From positions 1 to 64,000 of the forward strand of contig MU006091.1 of assembly GCA_010093705.1 (NCBI GenBank): a DNA stretch of 64,000 nt. The letters run 5' to 3'. Of the stretch, positions 60,432 through 64,000 are shown piece after piece. Position 1 is the first letter of the stretch, and each line of letters starts with the position of its first letter. This DNA is from Patellaria atrata CBS 101060. Lineage: Eukaryota. A program made the position numbers and the translations under genes. Below the pieces are notes generated by a model. The model was not told the DNA's origin and ran no database searches. It saw only the letters and a list, made by a program, of their open reading frames with translations.

Positions 60432-62973
60432 CTAGCGGTTCTGGATGGCGGGGCTAAAGAGATGCTCTTGTCAATTAACTGTATCATCTCAGGGTGTGCA
60501 TGATAAGATGTACTTACCTATCATCGTGAATTTTCTTCAAACGCTTGCGTTGCTCAATGAATGAGCTGTAGTTGCCAGCAAGTATGGAGCCAAGGATACT
60601 CTTGCCTTGGCGTGAAGAGAAGTCGCTGTCGTGAAGCAAGAGCATTCGGTTCCAAAGTCCCTTGAGTGCCTCCGAAAAGCACTTGAAGACTAGAAGTACG
60701 TCTTTGGAGCCTGATGATATGTCGCTTCCTTGCATATTCGGGTTTTCGATAGACAAACGCGTTTCATTATCGTTGAGCCGAGCCTGTGTGCATTAGTAAA
60801 TGACCAACGACATCAATGAACCTTACATACTTTGGGAAGGTATCCTGCTGGGCGCATTGAGATCGCAGTGGTCGCAATGTCAAATTTATTACCATACAGA
60901 TCGAAAAATTCCATTAAAATATCTGCAAGATACTCTGTTTCAGCCATATCTTTACTCTGCACAGCGGGCATGAGCTGCAAGAGACTCGTAACCAAGCAGG
61001 TCACGGTAAATCCTCCGATACCACCGCTGAAAACTTCATTGAGTCCTCGCATGAGCAGGAATTGCTTGACGAGCGGAACAATGATCGGCATAGCAGGATG
61101 CTCAACCTTCCACTCATGGAAAGTACGGTTGGCGGCCGTACCAGTGGTATTCTCAAATGAAACATCGACACGAATTCCAGTCAGTTTATCCACAAATTTG
61201 ACTAACGGAACCCTAGCGTTCGCGACAATCTCCACCTGAGTCGCGAGATTCTGGCTTTCGAGTAGGTGTCTAAACTGGTAATAAAACCCGTTGTTTTTGC
61301 CAAACTCTTTTACGTGCTGATTGAGGTATGATATTGAATTGAAAGCAAGGTCGATGTCTGCAGTTGGCAGATACAGCCCGGCAGCAAACGAACCGAAGGT
61401 TTGAATGCGGCCCTTATACTTAAGCGCTACAACCCTCTCAATACGATCGATGAGGTCATCTCGCACCTTTCGCTCAAACTCCTGGGGTTTTGCGAAATCG
61501 TAGAAATCGAGTATCTCTCGGTGTAACCTAATTCTGATTAGTTTCTTGATCGCCATGCTGAGGAGGAGACACTTGTCTATGGAAGAAGGGTGTGTGTGGG
61601 GATGACTGATCTCTAGAAAATTCTCATGCTTACCATATACCCATCTTTTTCACCTTTGAATGATCCTCAGTACACCATGGCGTTGGAGACGAATCGATAC
61701 GAGGTCGCCACTCCGGCAATACTTCGCCTTTGTTCAACTGAGCACCTTTGCGATTCTTTGGACGAGATGGAGGAGGTAAGGGTTCCTGTGCAGGCCTCTT
61801 TTGACCTCTAATGGCAGTATTGGCATCGGGGGGAGGCCATGCGTTATTTCTCTTTATTGCAGGTGCTCGTGGGGGAATCAGATCAGGTGAGCATGCTTGT
61901 GTAGGAAGACGCTTCAGGTCCGTACTTGCGGTAGCGGGGGTGCTATCTGTCCTATTTATAGGTGTCCAATGACCTTGAGGTGGTAGCATAGACACCGGAC
62001 CTTCCAGAACAGATTTATCCACCGAAATGCTAGACAACTCTTTGACTTCGTGTGACCCTCCCATTTTCTGAAGTAGACCACTTGGATAATCACTAGTGGT
62101 AACGACTTCTTGTGGCTCATCTTCAAAGCTCAAAGATATGAAGTCGAGATCGTCTGCGATAATAGGGTTGGTCGATTCAGCGTTTGCGGTAACTAGTTTA
62201 GCTTTGCGGATAAGCTTGACCACATCTTTCTTTTTGCCCTGTGAATCACCTGTGGGTGGAAGAATCGCATATGGGTCGGGGTTCGACCACCTGGGAACAG
62301 AATCGCCATCATTCGCATTCTGTTTCACCGTCTTTGACTGCTTGTTTGAGGAATCTTCATTCTCACCAGTGACATCATCCTCGTCGGACCCAAGATCCAT
62401 TTCTGCTTCGCTCTCTGACACATCTTCTGGGGCCATAAAGCGTGCGTGCCCGTCAGCCATGCCGTTCATTTGCTCAGGAGTGGTCTCACGATTTGAGTTC
62501 AGAAGGGGACGATGACTGGCAAGCTTGGATTTATTGCCGCGCCAGTTTCTGTTCGCACGATTCGGGTTCTTGGTGCGACGAATTTGTGGTGTTGCTAGAG
62601 ACTCTTGAGGAGGAAAGCGTGGTGCATTCCTATCAGACTGGAAAGTGAAGTCATCTTGGTGATCGTGGCGGTCGGAATGACGCGAGCCGGAATAACGCGA
62701 GTGGGAATAGCGATCATCATATGATCGGTAGCGAACTGGACTTCTTGAACGATATGTGTCACCACGATATGTGTCACCGCGATATCCGTCACCACGATGT
62801 GCGTCCCCGCGATATGCGTCCCTGCGATATCCGTCACCTCCGAAGTGGCGCATGGGTGGAGGCGAACGAGAACGCGAACGTCTCTGGCGCTCACTAAAAT
62901 CCGGAGGTCGAGGTGGCAGAGGATGGGGGTTTCGCGCAAAGTTGTTGCTTTGGTTAGGGCGATAGTGAGACAT
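60432..62973 (-). CDS. Non-canonical poly(A) polymerase Trf4/Cid14 family
   Basis: LHREILDFYDF, FGSFAAGLYLPTADIDL, ARVPLVKFVD, GLNEVFSGGIGGF and LSIENPN..DISSGS. Arg/Ser-rich N-terminus; last exon inferred. Confidence 0.9.
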
Positions 62974-64000
62974 TTTTGTGAGCGAAGTGAAGGTTGTCGC
63001 GTACTGAAAGTAGAAACGAGAAGGGCGCGTTTAACACAATTGATCTGAGAGGAATGCAAAACAATGTATCGTTTCCTAACACAGTGAGGTAGCAGATGAA
63101 GGCAACGAAAACACCCAGTTGGATGGTTTGTTTGTTGTTGAAGAAAAAAAAGAGAAGCAGAAGAAGGGGAGGAAAGAGTTGAACGAAAATTAAAGTTGAG
63201 GCCTCGGCAATGAATAAGCTTTGTGGCCCGTGCTTGAAGTCGAGTAGGTGGACGGGAGACAACTGAGTGGAGCTGGGGCCGCTAGAGTGTGGGAGTGGAG
63301 AGTGAGTAAGGTGCTCTCTATCGTCGAATACAAAGCAAAAGTCACATTAAATAATGAAAAAAGGGGGGAAGATGGGCCCTAAAATTGTATTCCAGTAGCC
63401 TATATCCACTGGTAATTTCGTATTAAGGTGAAAATGTCTCTCATGAGAAAGGAAATACAACAGTTGGCACGTTCAAGTATATCTTTGTAAAATACTGTAC
63501 AACTATACTAATATGGAAAGTTACAGAGCGCTCTTTCATGCGTATGCTCCTTTAGAGGCTGGAATAGACAGTTGATGACCAAGGCTAAGTTTGCTTTTAT
63601 AGTGGTTATGACTTGTAAGAGAGATATTGGAAGATAGGCACATATCCCCATTCCGGCTACCAGACCAGCGCCATCCCGACTCAAGGCCGTAGATGTTGCT
63701 CCAAACGCCCATATAATGCAAAGTTCCAAACACCGCACGGGATTATGAGATCTTATCGTATTCACCCTCGTTTATATCTCAACCCGTCTTTTGCTTCTCG
63801 CGTTCACGCGCCGCATCTCGTTCAGCGGGATTGTACCTATGGACCAATCAGAAAGAGCCAATAACAAGCAATACTCTCCTACTTGAGCAGCTTTTCGATC
63901 AGATCCACATGTGTCATTATCATGCGTCGGCAGCAGTAGCGGTTTAGTTGTAACTCGTCCATAGCATCGCTATTGAGGATCTCAGTTGAGTCTGCAAACG

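Overview
Gene-dense segment of a filamentous ascomycete (Pezizomycotina) chromosome, judged from the GT..CTAAC..YAG spliceosomal introns, a dispersed 5S rRNA gene and RIP-like C>T/G>A stop codons in repeats. Bases ~1-9200 form an accessory, immunity- and transposon-rich block. It starts with an NB-ARC/TPR NLR gene (minus strand, running off the window start) placed head-to-head with a SesB-like alpha/beta-hydrolase gene. After manual splicing, the NLR N-terminus and the hydrolase C-terminus share a ~40-aa Gly/Asn/Val/Ile motif, which points to an amyloid-signalling receptor/effector pair with an atypical motif (main finding). Next come an internally deleted Tad1-like LINE, an APH-kinase pseudogene, a two-ORF DD34E Tc1/IS630-type element, a TPR gene remnant and an intact 5S rRNA gene. 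The rest is mostly core genes: histone H4, Tudor-SN, SOD1, transaldolase, an AVT3-like transporter, an MFS transporter, an acyl-CoA synthetase, a Cti6-like PHD protein, catalase, three tandem BTB genes (one pseudogene), a large Seg1-like protein, a metallophosphoesterase, profilin, a HeLo-pseudokinase and a Trf4/Cid14-like polymerase, plus small MITE-like inserts. All splice models were read by eye and family calls come from motif recognition; no database search was run.
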